DNA of 63,999 nt, the filler included, from Dimargaris cristalligena (taxonomy: Eukaryota): NCBI GenBank assembly GCA_003614675.1. It is 9 parts of 9 records of this genome, joined end to end, with 100 filler letters (N's around TTAATTAATTAA, not from the genome) between each part and the next. Parts side by side here need not be neighbours in the genome. Positions count along the whole stretch, not along the records: positions 36,604 to 43,782 come from ML003444.1; positions 43,883 to 51,059 come from ML003445.1; 7 more parts are not named here. One strand, written 5' to 3'. Each line of letters starts with the position of its first letter. The first letter of the stretch is position 1. A program made the position numbers and the translations under genes. The notes under the pieces were generated by a model that saw only the letters and a list, made by a program, of their open reading frames with translations, had not been told where the DNA came from and ran no database searches. Of the stretch, positions 38,682 to 50,974 are shown in pieces.

Positions 38682-41600
38682 TTAGCGGGGGGCTTCGTAG
38701 GTCCGTGAGCAGGGATTGGATCCGCACAGATGATGCCACCAAGCCGTACTGCTATTCCCTTTAACCGGGCAAAGACAGAGCGGGCATATGACAGCCGGAA
38801 TGGGTTTCATAACTTCCTCGTGTAAATATGTTAAGTATACACCAAGTAATATAGTGCAGAAACGACCATTAGTATTATGTCTTTGCGCTTCTATCTAGTA
38901 AGCATCATGAGAAGCACCGTGGTTCGTTGGGAAAGGGCAAATCGGTTTAACATAAACAAGGCTAACAAGGCCGTTAAATCGCACATTTGTAAATTACCTG
39001 GGCACTCACGGACTGTTCGCTTCTTACTACTCGTCCAGTGGTCCTCGGTCACTACCAAGCGGCAACCGGGGCATCGAACAAGAAGATCGGCATGTCGGCA
39101 TTCCGTCTCGCAGTGCCGTTTTAAATGGGAAACCTCAATCGACTAGTCCACGTAAACAGGAATTCGGGTATTTAAAAGTTGGTGATGATTAGTGCTAAAC
39201 AGATACCATAGATGGGTTACGAGCTGAAATGAATAATGTGTATTGGGAAGATATAATACGACGCGGTTTATGACATTCCCCATGAACTGACAAACTAATA
39301 CCCTGAATAAGAGCATACTGAAGCATGTATAAGTTCCTGACCACAACCCAACCTTAAGTAGGTGGTATGTAAACCGACTGAACTTACTGTTTGGCAAGCG
39401 GGGCAACAGGTAAAATAGGGACATTCCCGTTGGAAATGCCGATCGAAAAAGGGGTCCGTTTGAAAGGAATCGATCCGTGTGCAGAACGGACATACCCGAT
39501 CCCTGGTTAGGATTGATATGCAAAATGACGAGCATTCGATAATAATTAGAACACAAAGGGAGGTGAGGGGTAGGCTTAAATGGAGATTATACTCATTAGC
39601 CAAGAATACAGCGACTGTGTATTTTATGGCGGCTTAGTGGTGAGTAATACGGTTGCCCGGATGTTATCAAAAAGCCACAGTGAGCAACATTTCCGGGTGG
39701 TACTTCAGAATCCCAGAAAAAATTAGTGACTTACACAGAATCTGGTTGATGGGGCGTCACATTGGCCTTATGAGGCAAGTTGGGGACTGTTGGTATACCG
39801 CATAGTTGAATGATCGATAGCATTGGCCACTCGAGTCATAGATTTAAAGAAATTAGTCCTGGACGATTTGCTATTTGGGGCAAATATCGATAAACCTAGA
39901 CATAATCGACTGGGTATCATAAAATGTACATAATTATATATATATATATAATTCCAACTATAAACATACCTGGTGGAGTTGATCGGGAGGATATGTGATT
40001 AGAAGTATACAGTAATTGCTGAACGGGCGGGGTGAGTGAATGTTGATGTGAGCGATCCATTCGTGAGCGACGTGGAGTTTTTTGTCTTGGGGCTTGTACA
40101 GTGGATATGAGGGGCGGGGTTTGGGCCGATACACGACATGGGGTAGCAGGAGTTATCCCTGTAGTATAGGTCGCCCCAGGCGAGTCGTAGTGTTTCGGCG
40201 GTGCCCAATTGACATGCCTAGTATCCACCGAACTACTCTGGCTCTGGTCCCGGGAATGGCCAATGATGGTTTTGTCAGGCGACAATGGCAACGACAGCGA
40301 CAGCAATGGCGACATCGATAATGGCGACGACCATTGGCCCTGGACCGATTGGACATACTGGCGAAATAAAGTCCGCACTATTATTGGGTTAATATGGACC
40401 AGGTATTCTTGTAAAATCTCCCAGGGGATCCAGTTCGAACATTGAACCACCAGGTCCACCGAGCGGTTACGAACTACGGTGTGTGGGTGGCCCAATAGGT
40501 ACCGGAAAAACCGCAGTAGGGGCCGGTCACCCGACTCCGAAATCAGCAGTTTGAGAACCGAACGTCGTCGTCGCTGGCGTAGTGGATGTCGTTGGGCATC
40601 GGGACGGTCTGTTAGCCAAGGAAGAAGGGTTCGTCGGACGAGCGATAGGTAAAGGGTGGCGATTTTGTGGGGCGCAGGCGGCTGGTCCAGAATCGTTTTC
40701 AGAACCTCCTGAAGTATGACCGGGCTATCCACTTGAAGGTAAGTACTAGCCAAGCGGGACAAAATAGCCGCCCCATCCAATGAGTTGGAGGGTTCGGATG
40801 GATTCAAGTGAGATTTCGGATGTTTTGCTGGGCTATTGTCCGCGGTGGAGGCGCATGCGTAGTGGGGTAGGTGGCGGAGTAGGAGAGACACGTATCCCAC
40901 CCATACCATCACCAGATCCAACATGCGTGCCTCCGAGACCAGGGTATAATTGACAAGGTTATAGAGGATAGACAGGGTGATTCGGCTTAGACGAGCGCGA
41001 CGGTCAGGGAAGAAATGGGCCGCCAGGAGAGTCATCAGTTTATCCAAGAACTCCGTGTCGTTGAAATCAGGTGATAGTCCTATATCGGCGAAACGGAACC
41101 TGTTATGCCGACTCTGGGGGTTTGAATTGCAGTGATGTTCAACGGCCTCCAAAAGGGTCTGTGCGGCTTCCACCTTGGCGCCAAACGATAAGGGCCGGGC
41201 CAACTGATCGGATGGGTTGGTGGATGAATTCGCGGCGCGAATAACGGAACTGGGAATGGTGATGCTGACGGAATCTGGTATTTTCAAGGGGTGTGGTGGG
41301 TTTACTACCGGGGTTGCCATTTTTTTTTGTTTGACCTGGGGCGGAGACCGCGGTCTTTCCTCAGGCTCCAAACCTGCCAAAATATCGTCTATGGAAGCAT
41401 GGGAGGGAGTGGGGGAGTGGGCAAACGAGCGCCAAGTTGGCAGAGACGACATGGCAAATGATACACCATCTGGGTCCTCGTAGGCCAACCGAGTCGCGTT
41501 GGATAGTTGCGGTGACGCAGGTGGCGGTGAAGTCGATGGAGGCTCTAAATCGGAATGAGTCACAGTTTTCGGGAAACCGCCGGCTATCAAATCACCGCCG

Positions 41601-42413
41601 GCCTGGGGCGAGGCCGGAAAATCCGACCATGGATGCGGCGCAATCATAGTCCCGGCGGGCGATTCCTTCGTCTCCCAGACTGGGTCGGGTGCTAGAGTAC
41701 TTGTAAGGGAAGCGAACGATTCATCCGGGCCTAGGAAATCGATACCAACCAGAGTTACCTGTTGGTAGGTGTTGTGTGGGTTGGTGTAACAGCCAGGGAT
41801 GGAAAGCGTGATGGAATCGGCCCACGTATCTAGGGCGACGGTCTTTCGCTGCATTTTGCTGAACGCATGGACACGGGGGTCCTGAAAAGTTATCAGTCCA
41901 ACGTCGGATGTATAGTAGCTCTCGGGACCCGGGGTCTCCGTCGATGCAATCGATGTCGAGGCATCGGGGGACGCGTGGGGCAGCCGAAGAAAGGTAGTAA
42001 CACACACGACCTGCGGCGTGCGGCTGGCGTGGACGGTGATTCGGAGACGGGAGATATAACGGGTACCGTCAGCAAACTTGATGTTGTAGAGCACCGGGTA
42101 ACGGCACCGTCTGGTGATAAGGGTCCAAAATATCCAAAAGCAAATGCACCAGCAGTCGATGGGCGAAAGAATGAGCGAGGGTAGAAAACGTGTGGGCCTG
42201 GTATCAGTTCGGTTCGTTTTACCGCCATAGGTGCCCTGGCAGGTTGTATTGTAATGAAGTACACTCCCCAGTAGACCTGGTACAGTATTCAACTGGCACT
42301 CTGGGGGACTTTGGTGAGGGTCGCTCATGCTCAAGCTACTTCGACTACCAGTACCTATTAGACGTCCACAAATAACCCCCCAACTGCGGAGTGGGGGTTC
42401 GATGGGACCGCAT
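38682..42413 (-). CDS. CEP104: CEP104/FAP256-like protein (N-terminal jelly-roll, helical/TOG-like region, C2HC zinc-finger array). Exons about 42413-42355, 42110-39970, uncertain exon(s) 39900-39600, 39502-39388, 39142-38998, 38812-38682; 5' end uncertain
   Basis: Spliced N-terminus WTSNRRCRYP...ISRLRITVH...QRKTV...NPHNTYQQVTLVGIDFLG matches the CEP104 N-domain signature. C-terminal CPFC..DRHFQRECPYFTCCPAC, LKRHCETEC..RCPGC and CPLC..AWWHHL..C match its zinc-finger array. Confidence 0.82.
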
Positions 42414-43732
42414 GGCCAGCGTAGCTTCGCTATACTTTTAGCGGCCAGTAATGGGCGTTTGTAAGTGGAAATGGAAATTTGAAGTTAGAAGAGAGTTTAG
42501 GCATATGGGCTGGGTAAAACAGAAAACCAAACAACAGTGGGGAATTACAGTATGCTTGGGTTGGTTTTTGGATGCAATAGTTGTCTTCCGTAGGACCAAC
42601 CACTTCGCCGCAAAAAGGGGCGCCAGTCGTCTAGGTACAGTTCATTGGCCAATTCTCAAGATAAGTAAACAAGCTGTGTGTGTGATTGCACTCGGCGCAA
42701 CCAGTTCTTTTAATATATCACCAGATAAATAATTGAAATGGCTTTACTTGTGATTAGCTGGATCCAGTATATTCTACTATAGTATGGTTCAGTTAAATGG
42801 CCGTTGGATAAATCTACGAGAGGTGGTGAATTGCGCCAGATTGCTAGAGTGGGCCACCAGACTAAACGACGGGTGGATTGACTAGCCCTACGCGGTGATC
42901 CCAAGGGGCCCAGTACCTGGCGACATGTCTTTTCCTGAGAAATAGGATGATGGGCTAATGCAAATAGTATGAACCTGGGTATCTTCTTCATCAATAGCAG
43001 TGGATGATGGGCCCCTTGAGTATATATCCAGAAGGGGACTGAAATGCCGGAGGTGGTTCTTCACATACCCTCACTTGTATTTACCCCAATCTGGCCTCAC
43101 GAGGGTGCAATGCCAAACAGTTGCCAGGGGTTTTGTTCTTCTTTTGCTGTTCATTTCTACATTGTCTAACCGCAAAGCTCTTTAATTAGCTAGGCAGTTC
43201 CCATTAGAAGGCACAGTCGTGTCCCACAGTAATTGGTGACGAGGGCCTATTAACGCGACTGTGCTTTTTAATGGGAACCCATGTCTCCTTAATAAAGGAA
43301 TCACCAAGGAGACCCGTAGTTCAAATATGACCATGAGGTTTGAAAATGCTACCACTTGGCCAGAATGGTGCTTCACGGGGCCAATGGCCGGCGTCCAGCA
43401 TCACCTGATACATTAGCCAGTCCGCCTGTGTATTAAAGTCAGTGCGGTCTTTGTTGAAGCCAATCCCTCCTCTCCCCAGCATGTATTAAGAAGGATTGCC
43501 GGGTTGGGGGAGTTGTATACGCATTAGCTAGTTCGGCTGGGGTTCTACATCCCCCTCCCTAGTCCAGTGGGCGGAGTTATATAACCACCCGGGTTTCCCG
43601 CCATCCGGCCTCTTCGTCTTTCACCTGTTTCCCCCTATTTTACTTCCGGTATTCCTTTACCACCCCTTTACCCCCGTTTTAATCTTCGTCGGTTGTTCCC
43701 CATAACTCGAACACCTTCTCTCGTTAGTCAAC

Positions 43733-43782
43733 ATGCGTGAATGTATCTCGGTCCACGTTGGTCAGGCCGGTGTCCAGATTGG
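43733..43782 (+). CDS. Alpha-tubulin, first 16-17 codons (truncated by the contig end)
   Basis: Encodes MRECISVHVGQAGVQIG. TATATAA at about 43579 and a pyrimidine-rich leader. Confidence 0.93.
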
Positions 43783-43882
43783 NNNNNNNNNNNNNNNNNN
43801 NNNNNNNNNNNNNNNNNNNNNNNNNNTTAATTAATTAANNNNNNNNNNNNNNNNNNNNNNNNNNNNNNNNNNNNNNNNNNNN

Positions 43883-45297
43883 TTGTTTGAAATACAAACT
43901 TCACAATTAAAATAATCAGAAAGAGAATTTTGGTCAACATTTATGATGCCATTTTTAGCAGCCTGCTTGAGGGTATCGAAATTAATATGGCCAAGAGAAT
44001 AATGGACCTCCAAAAGGGAAGGAGGTTTAGGAATTTCAATAGCTAAATTTGCCATTGAAGTATGAGGATATTTAACTGAAAAAGGGTATGAAGAGTGTAT
44101 TTTGTTGACTTGGAGAAGGGGAGTATTCCCCTCTTGAATGGTACAATGGCCTTGATGGAAGGTGAATTTAATTCCCCTCTCATCACTGGCTGGTACAGAA
44201 AGTAGATTATAACCCAAAGTGGGGCAGTGGCCCACATTATATAGGGTTAATCAGCGAGTATTATTGGATGGATCTAGGATGTCAAGCTTGACTGTCCCAT
44301 AACCCAAGATTGATAACTCTTTTCCATCTGCCAATATTAATTGGCGAGTTTCTTGTACATAATTATCAAATAAAGTATGATCAGGGCAATAGTGGTAGGA
44401 TGCACCCGAGTCAATAAACCAAGTTGACTTCGGATATTTGCCATCCTTCACTTTGAGTGCATGTTCAGGAATTTTAACTACTAGCTGGGCTTGTTCAGCC
44501 TGGCTTTCCTTTTTCCCTTTATGCAGGGGGTTTCGAAAACATTCATCAGTGGAGTGTCCACTAGTTTTATGAATAGCACAGTATGAGGTATCACCCTCTT
44601 TTTGTGTGTTTTTAACCCCCTTACTCTTACCCTTCTTACCTTTAAACTTGCCCGGGTTAGTTTTTACAGTCATGGCAGACTCGAACATTGTTTTTGGTGT
44701 CGCCTCCCGATTGGCCAGGAATTGTTCTGCCTCGATAAATGATTGAACTACACTGTCGAAAACAAAAGAGTCCAGGTCCCGGGTATGCTATTGGCTGACT
44801 GTCAGGTGGAATCTTTCATCCACTGCCTGTAGGAACAAGAGAGTCAGTCTCTGGTCACCCGTAAGGTCATACTTCTTGAGTTCCGCGTCGAGAGATTGAA
44901 TCTTCATGGCCAGTTGACGGATGGATTGATTCCCCTGATGGATTCGATACAACTCAGAGTATAGAGTTAGGACCTTGGCTGTAGGTGGTTTGGCAAAGCG
45001 ATTCACCATTGTCTTCCAGATTTCCTTGGCCGTTAGTTCGCCATCGAGGGAGTCCACGTACTGGTCATTCATGGATGCACGGAGCACAAATGAAGCCATT
45101 CGATCATCCTTCAGGTACTGCTTGTTTAAGGCTTTCCCTTTAGGGTCGTCAGTGGTGGTTGGTTTGTAACCATCTTCTACAATCTCCCAAAGATCGGATG
45201 ATTGCAGGTATAGGCGCATAGATAGGGCCCAAGCAGTATAGTTATCACTATCAAACTGACGGGGTTGGATGTTAAGTTTAGAAAGTTTAGAACTCAT
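43883..45297 (-). pseudogene. Ty1/Copia gag-protease-preintegrase frame with two in-frame stops, truncated by the contig start
   Basis: NYTAWALSMRLYLQSSDLW gag start, zinc knuckle CAIHKTSGHSTDEC, protease WFIDSGAS, NLLSV, and HYSLGH...CEVC. Stops TAG at 44788-44790 and TGA at 44251-44253 without frameshift. Confidence 0.93.
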
Positions 45298-45477
45298 TGT
45301 AAGAGTAGGTTGTAAGGTAGATTGATACTTGAAAGGGATGGATGTATGAATGGATGGATGGTTAGATAAATGAATTTCAAAATGAAATGTAGATAGATGA
45401 GTATCCAGTATGGTAGATGGATAGTAAATGAATATTGTGATTGAGGTATAAACGATTAGTTTATTTGAAACACACCA

Positions 45478-45489
45478 GGGCTCATAACC
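45478..45489 (-). promoter_or_regulatory. Copia primer-binding site GGTTATGAGCCC
   Basis: Directly 3' of the 5' LTR; resembles the GGTTATGGGCCC internal initiator tRNA-Met PBS of copia-type elements. Confidence 0.8.
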
Positions 45490-45749
45490 TATTGGAAATA
45501 TAAGTTTGATGGTAAATGCAAGTGCCTTCAGATATAACTAAAACAATTCAAAGAAGAGAGAAAGAACCGCAAGGGGCAAAGCTAGATGCCCATGGTTGGT
45601 TTTATTGAATTGGATAATAGCAGTAATAACGATTAGGACGAAGTTCCAGTTATAGGATGATGTAGTAACAGCTATAGTAAAGTCCCAAGTATAGGATGAG
45701 CCAATCACAGAGATGGAATCAGTGGGACGGGGGAAATGAATTTCCAACA
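45490..45749 (-). mobile_element. Copia 5' LTR (family B, 260 bp)
   Basis: TGTTGGAAAT...TTCCAATA on the minus strand, followed by the PBS and gag. Confidence 0.9.
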
Positions 45750-47615
45750 TTTCTCGCCATAACTTCCGATATTTGACATGTTTAATGCCCCCACCACCGG
45801 AACTATTTATGTCCAAAAATATGTCACTGCATGTCTATTATTCTCTCCTGTTTCTGGCTAAATCCGCTAGCATATTTAGTTAACCATTGTCCTTTTATTT
45901 GAACCTCTTCATATACACCCATTCGATTACATTTTTCAATGAAACTAAACCACCTAGAGGCACTCACTGTCCTCCAGCTAGATTCTTCCCCTCCATTCAG
46001 TTTTAATGATACTCCTACAGTATTTCCAACAAAAGAAAGGCAAAACTGTTTTGCATATCCTTAAACCTAGTACTTCCAAGGTGTATCTATCTGGTGCTGC
46101 ATATATAGATTTCAACCCCCCCCCCTCCCTTCATTTCAGGCAAAACTAGAATTAACCAACATTTTGCCAGCAAAACTGTATGGCTACTAACGTAAGGGAC
46201 CCAAAATGGCTCTACACTTGATTGGAATACATGATATCTAATCCGACAACAGAGAGTACAGGGAAGAAGGGAGGGGGGGATTACAGACTATAAAGTTGGG
46301 AGACAACGGGTATGCGATAGCCAATTGATGCTATTCACACACCCATTCACAGTGGTTCCACGAATTCTAGTTATCCAAAGCGAAGAGCCCATGCCAATAT
46401 CCTGTGGAATAATCGGCTGAGGTAGACTGGACTAATGGGAGGAGGGGCCATCCTGCAATTAATTTCCAGCCCCAGACATCATTAGCATCCCATAATGAGT
46501 GGTGGCGCCCGTAGTTAATGAATTGTGGCGAAACGGGACCGCTGTCCGACTGGGGCCCTATCTCTTTTTTCTCTCTTTCAAGTACCCGCACTAGTATACA
46601 TGGGTTACATGGCTATTCTCAATTTACCTTTTAATAGTTTAGGAGTCGCCTGGCTAACGGTACCACATACCCTTATTCGTGTGAATAGCACCACTAGCCA
46701 AGCAACTAGGTTGACGAGCTCTAATAATACCTGTACTTTTATGTTGGTGGAGATTATGTGGCAATTGAAAGGCCACCCTTTATTCTACAGTGACTTGTAT
46801 GGCTTTTGGTCTTTTCCGCTTAAAAAATGACTGTGAGCCTGGATACACTTGTGTCACATGTGTCCCTAAATCACCCAGGGGAGATAGACACCGGGTGCTT
46901 CTCTGTTGGATTCTATCGTAGTGCATTTTTTATTGCAACGAGTAACAGGAGCAAAGAGATTTCTAAAATTATAATATGTGGAATGGGGGAGGCTGATGAA
47001 GTTGTATACTCTCAAGTTATATTGATGGAGCCCACATTCCTCCCTATTTCAGATCTACCAATCGACGCAAAAGACCGGGAATAATGGGTAGTACAGGGAT
47101 GGGTCCACCCATCATTTCTCTCCGTTGCAACCCTATCAATGTGCAAGGGTGTATAACCATACTGGACACCAAAAGGCCGTGAGCCAATGGGCTAAACCTT
47201 CACCCTGGATAGTGTAGGCACTGGATAGCTTTATTCGCAGCCCGCATTTGGTCGCTGGTGCAACGGGTTGGTGTGAAGGAATATGCGTAGTTAAAGCACT
47301 ATAATCGAACATCCTCCGTTCAAAAATAGAATTACAAAGGCCAGTGGTTAAGTGGCCATTTCCCCCGTTAGAGCACCCACCACCCGTAGCGGATTCAAGG
47401 CTGGATAACATCCGGACATTTGCTTATAAATACCGGTCTTCTCCCCCCTCATTTGTGGTAACTACACCCGCCTTACCTTCTTTCAACTGGACTTCCCTTG
47501 AAATAACCCCCTGCCCACTTCAGACTCTATACGCCTCCCCTTCAATTGCACCTTTCTATCCGCTGTTCTCCGCCCGAATAAGCACCCTCCAAGCCACCCG
47601 TTCGAATTTATCGCG

Positions 47616-49283
47616 ATGAAATCCGTGTGTTATTCCGTCACCCTAGTGGGTATGATTGTCGCTCACTGTGCCGTCGCTCAGCCCCATCCCACCACCGGGA
47701 CTCCCATGCTAGAATCAATTGGACAGGCATCGGGTCCCAGACCCAAGGATAGCAACACAGGGTACCCAATTGGTTCCGGCGACCCAGGGGTACTTCAGAA
47801 TACCGTGTTTGGTGGAGTCAGCGGCGAGTACAACGACGGGCTACTGGCCAGCCAACTCGAGAAACCTGAAACTCCCGACCAAACTCAGATGGGGAAGCCC
47901 TTCAAGCTGTTCGCCAAGGACTCCCCGCAGGAAATTCTCAATACAGTAGGTAGGTACCTCAACCCGCTGGAATCCGCCAAGGTTGCCTACGTATCTCAAA
48001 CGGCTCAAAAAATGGCCCTCAGCAGCAAGCGCTTTAAAAAAGCTGAGCATGTAAGTTTAATAACATTATTTTTTCAATGTAGCCCAATAGCGAAGACGGA
48101 CGTATTCCCTGGTATTCATCAGCATAGTATTAGCTACTGTCATTGATCATACCATTTCCCTCACCCAAGATACTCGCTTTACTATAAACTAACCATAGCC
48201 ATTCCCAAGCCATTACTATATTCATTATCCATATCCTGTCGCCATTATTCGATTCGGATTGTCTAGATCGCGAAAGTGGTCGTCCCGCTGCTAGAATCAC
48301 TGGGCAAACCCAATACCCAGAAATCTGACGAAAGATTAACCCGTGCCGAAGAGGATGTCATTATCTGGGATTTTGTGAGTGCTGAGCTTACCAATACTAT
48401 GTTCCAGCAGCTCTATCATCAGCTCGCCAACAATGGAATCACACCGGATGGCAGACCCTCTCCTCTTGACGACCAGGACACGATTGATAATCAGAGGGCT
48501 ATTTTGGAACTACCCGGACTGGTGCCAGCACTAAAAAAGATCTACGACGACTGGTGCTATGTGCGTTTTGATGAAAAATCTAGGCAAGAACTAGTTGAGA
48601 CATTCCCGCTGGTTGGATTTGCCCTCAGTCACAATGCTGGGCAACTCTGGGAGGTTACCAAAAGGTTAATCAAACTGTTCACTCCGAAACGCAAAGAGCT
48701 AACAGCACCATTCAGTAATGTGTTTCCATTCGATGGAGAGCTCCTAACCGAACACCTTCACTGGGATATGAGTAGTACCAAGGATCCTATGGTATTTTAT
48801 TCCATCATCGCCGAAATCACCGGCGCCTTGGCTGCCGGTATGCAATTTGACAAACTCGGTGAATATATTACCGAAATTCGAAACCACAGATTCAATGCAA
48901 CTAGCATGTATGATTTCTTGCGACTGATGGCCCTGGAATTCAACCTGGCTGGGCTTGTGGACTGGGCTATTGATGCATTTAATTTCAATACATCCCATGC
49001 AATCAGGTGTTCCGAATATTTGGGTTTCCGCCGGGCTTACAAGACGCTCACCGACGAATATGGCCAGCCACAGCCAGAAATCCGATCCGATCTTAGCGAT
49101 TGCGTGAACTGGTATGGTTCAATGGGTATGCTCCATCTAAGCCCCAGTCCCAATTATAAAGATGACACGCATCCCTCGATATCCTTTCGGGTACTCCGGT
49201 CTACCCTGCCTGAATATCACACAATCCCCAAGTCGGCCTTCGAGGACCAAACTGTGGTCGAGAAGTTGATTAAAGGCACATAA
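47616..49283 (+). CDS. Second putative secreted F-box-like protein, about 483 aa; exons 47616-48050 and 48267-49283
   Basis: Signal-like MKSVCYSVTLVGMIVAHCAVA. F-box-like FAKDSPQEILNTVGRYLNPLESAKVAYVSQTAQKMA. Phase-0 GTAAGT...TAG intron. TATAAAT at about 47425. Confidence 0.72.
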
Positions 49284-50054
49284 TGTTAGACGAATCGAAC
49301 CTTGAAACCTGCTAGTTTGGGCCTAGGTCCTCCCCTCTCTCTTTGCTATTACATACCCAAAGTCCGTTTGTGAGGCCGCCTATCATAAGCGCTTCTTATT
49401 TAGTATGGCCAGCTTTAGTTTGGTAGCGCATCCTATCAACCACCCTTCACCTGAAAACTTCATCTATGCCCGTCCTTTATCAATTAGTAGCCTGGTAATC
49501 GTATTAGTTAGTATTTCAAACCTACCCAGCCATTACTTAGTAGTTGCTATTCCCTTTTTGGTAAATTTCTGGCTGGTCTTTTATTATATATATATATATA
49601 TATACCTAGCCATCGAGGTAAAACATAAAAATAAAGTATTACCCCTGTTGGCTATATATACTGAATAGTTTACGGGGCATGCTCATAGTGCAAATTGACT
49701 TTTAGCAGGCTGTAATGCTGGGGATTCAGTATACCTTGGTTGAGTTTATACTTCATAATAGAAATAGCCTTAGATAAGTTTAGCATTATAGGTTATTCGG
49801 AGCTCCTTTATAACCGAATAAACATTCTAAGTTATTTAAAATTGCCGATACATTGTCAAGATAAAGCACCGAATTAAGGGATATTGATGATATATTCTTA
49901 CAAAAAAGAAGCAGGCCAACATCCCCACACCCTAATCGTAGAGAGTAGAGATGTTGAATATCTGAAGAGCGTTGGTGAAAGGATTATCCTGGTGAAACAG
50001 TCTGGGTGGGGGTGGATGGCCGTATTTAATGATAAATGGAGAGCAAGCCCAAAT

Positions 50055-50426
50055 TTAGTACGGCAAGTCAGGCTTAGCCTTCACCTTCTCGGCCTTTTTA
50101 GCCATTTTCCAATTAGCGATGGTTTGGGGCATGTCGTCCAAGGCGGCCTGGATCTTAGCCTGGCGCTGGGGTTTCGTCAAATCGGCCTTGCGGCCCTTGT
50201 GGCGTCGGAGGCGTAGTGGTTTAGCGGACACCACCGGAGGCATACCGATCGACTGGGCATCGACGCCCCGGTAGAGGCAGGCCTTGCGCAGATCGGCTTG
50301 TTGGCGCAGACTCAGTTTGGAGGACCGCCAGAAACCATTGACGAATTGGGCTTTGAAATCCTGGGGAAGCCAGGTCTTTTCGACCTTGGCGAGTAGTTGG
50401 GCGGAAAACCGGCGGATAGTGGCCAT
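50055..50426 (-). CDS. MRPL25: Mitochondrial ribosomal protein mL59 (yeast MrpL25-like)
   Basis: GFWRSSKLSLRQQADLRK, HKG and ALDDMPQTIANWK motifs; basic 123-aa protein. Confidence 0.85.
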   Translation of the reverse strand: MATIRRFSAQLLAKVEKTWLPQDFKAQFVNGFWRSSKLSLRQQADLRKACLYRGVDAQSIGMPPVVSAKPLRLRRHKGRKADLTKPQRQAKIQAALDDMPQTIANWKMAKKAEKVKAKPDLPY

Positions 50427-50736
50427 GGCTAGGAGGGGGAAATTTCACAAGAAGAACAAAAGGACTAAACCGCGGGGGTGGAATGGAATGGAAGACAAGG
50501 AAAGAGGTGTCTAGGCAATTTCTAACCCTTTACCCGGTTCTGTGTATGCGTGAATCACCGCAGGCTTGGTATGATATTTTCCCGCCTACTTGATTTTTTT
50601 CGATTACTCTCAAACTAATTGTCCCACTAGAATCTGGTGTGGACGCATTCGGGAGTTTAATGCAAATGAAGGCCCAACTAGGGTGTAGACTGGAACTATG
50701 ATAGGAATATTGGGGGAGGTACCAGATGATATTATC

Positions 50737-50974
50737 GTTGATAGATGCCGTTGATGTTTTGTTATTTATTAGTGATACTTATTTCACACAATGGACAAGT
50801 CCACGGTCTATAATAGCCGAAAAGTTGTCGTGCACCAGTGTAAAGAACACGGCAGAGACAAATTTTGATAGTAAAAATAGAATAAACTAATAGGGTCGGA
50901 TGGTAGGAAGGAATAAAAGAAGGAGAAAAATAGAGAAACAGATTTTCACATGGAAATTTTTCCTTTCTACTTCG
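50737..50974. repeat. Partial copy of family E
   Basis: Aligns to 31151-31388, differing mostly by C/T and G/A transitions. Confidence 0.8.

Noticed and set aside
42111..42334. N-terminal 75 aa of the 805-aa ORF, with a hydrophobic WCICFWIFW stretch
   Set aside because: Better explained as a translated intron; splicing it out restores the CEP104-like W-x-S-x-R-x-C-x-Y/F-P motif.
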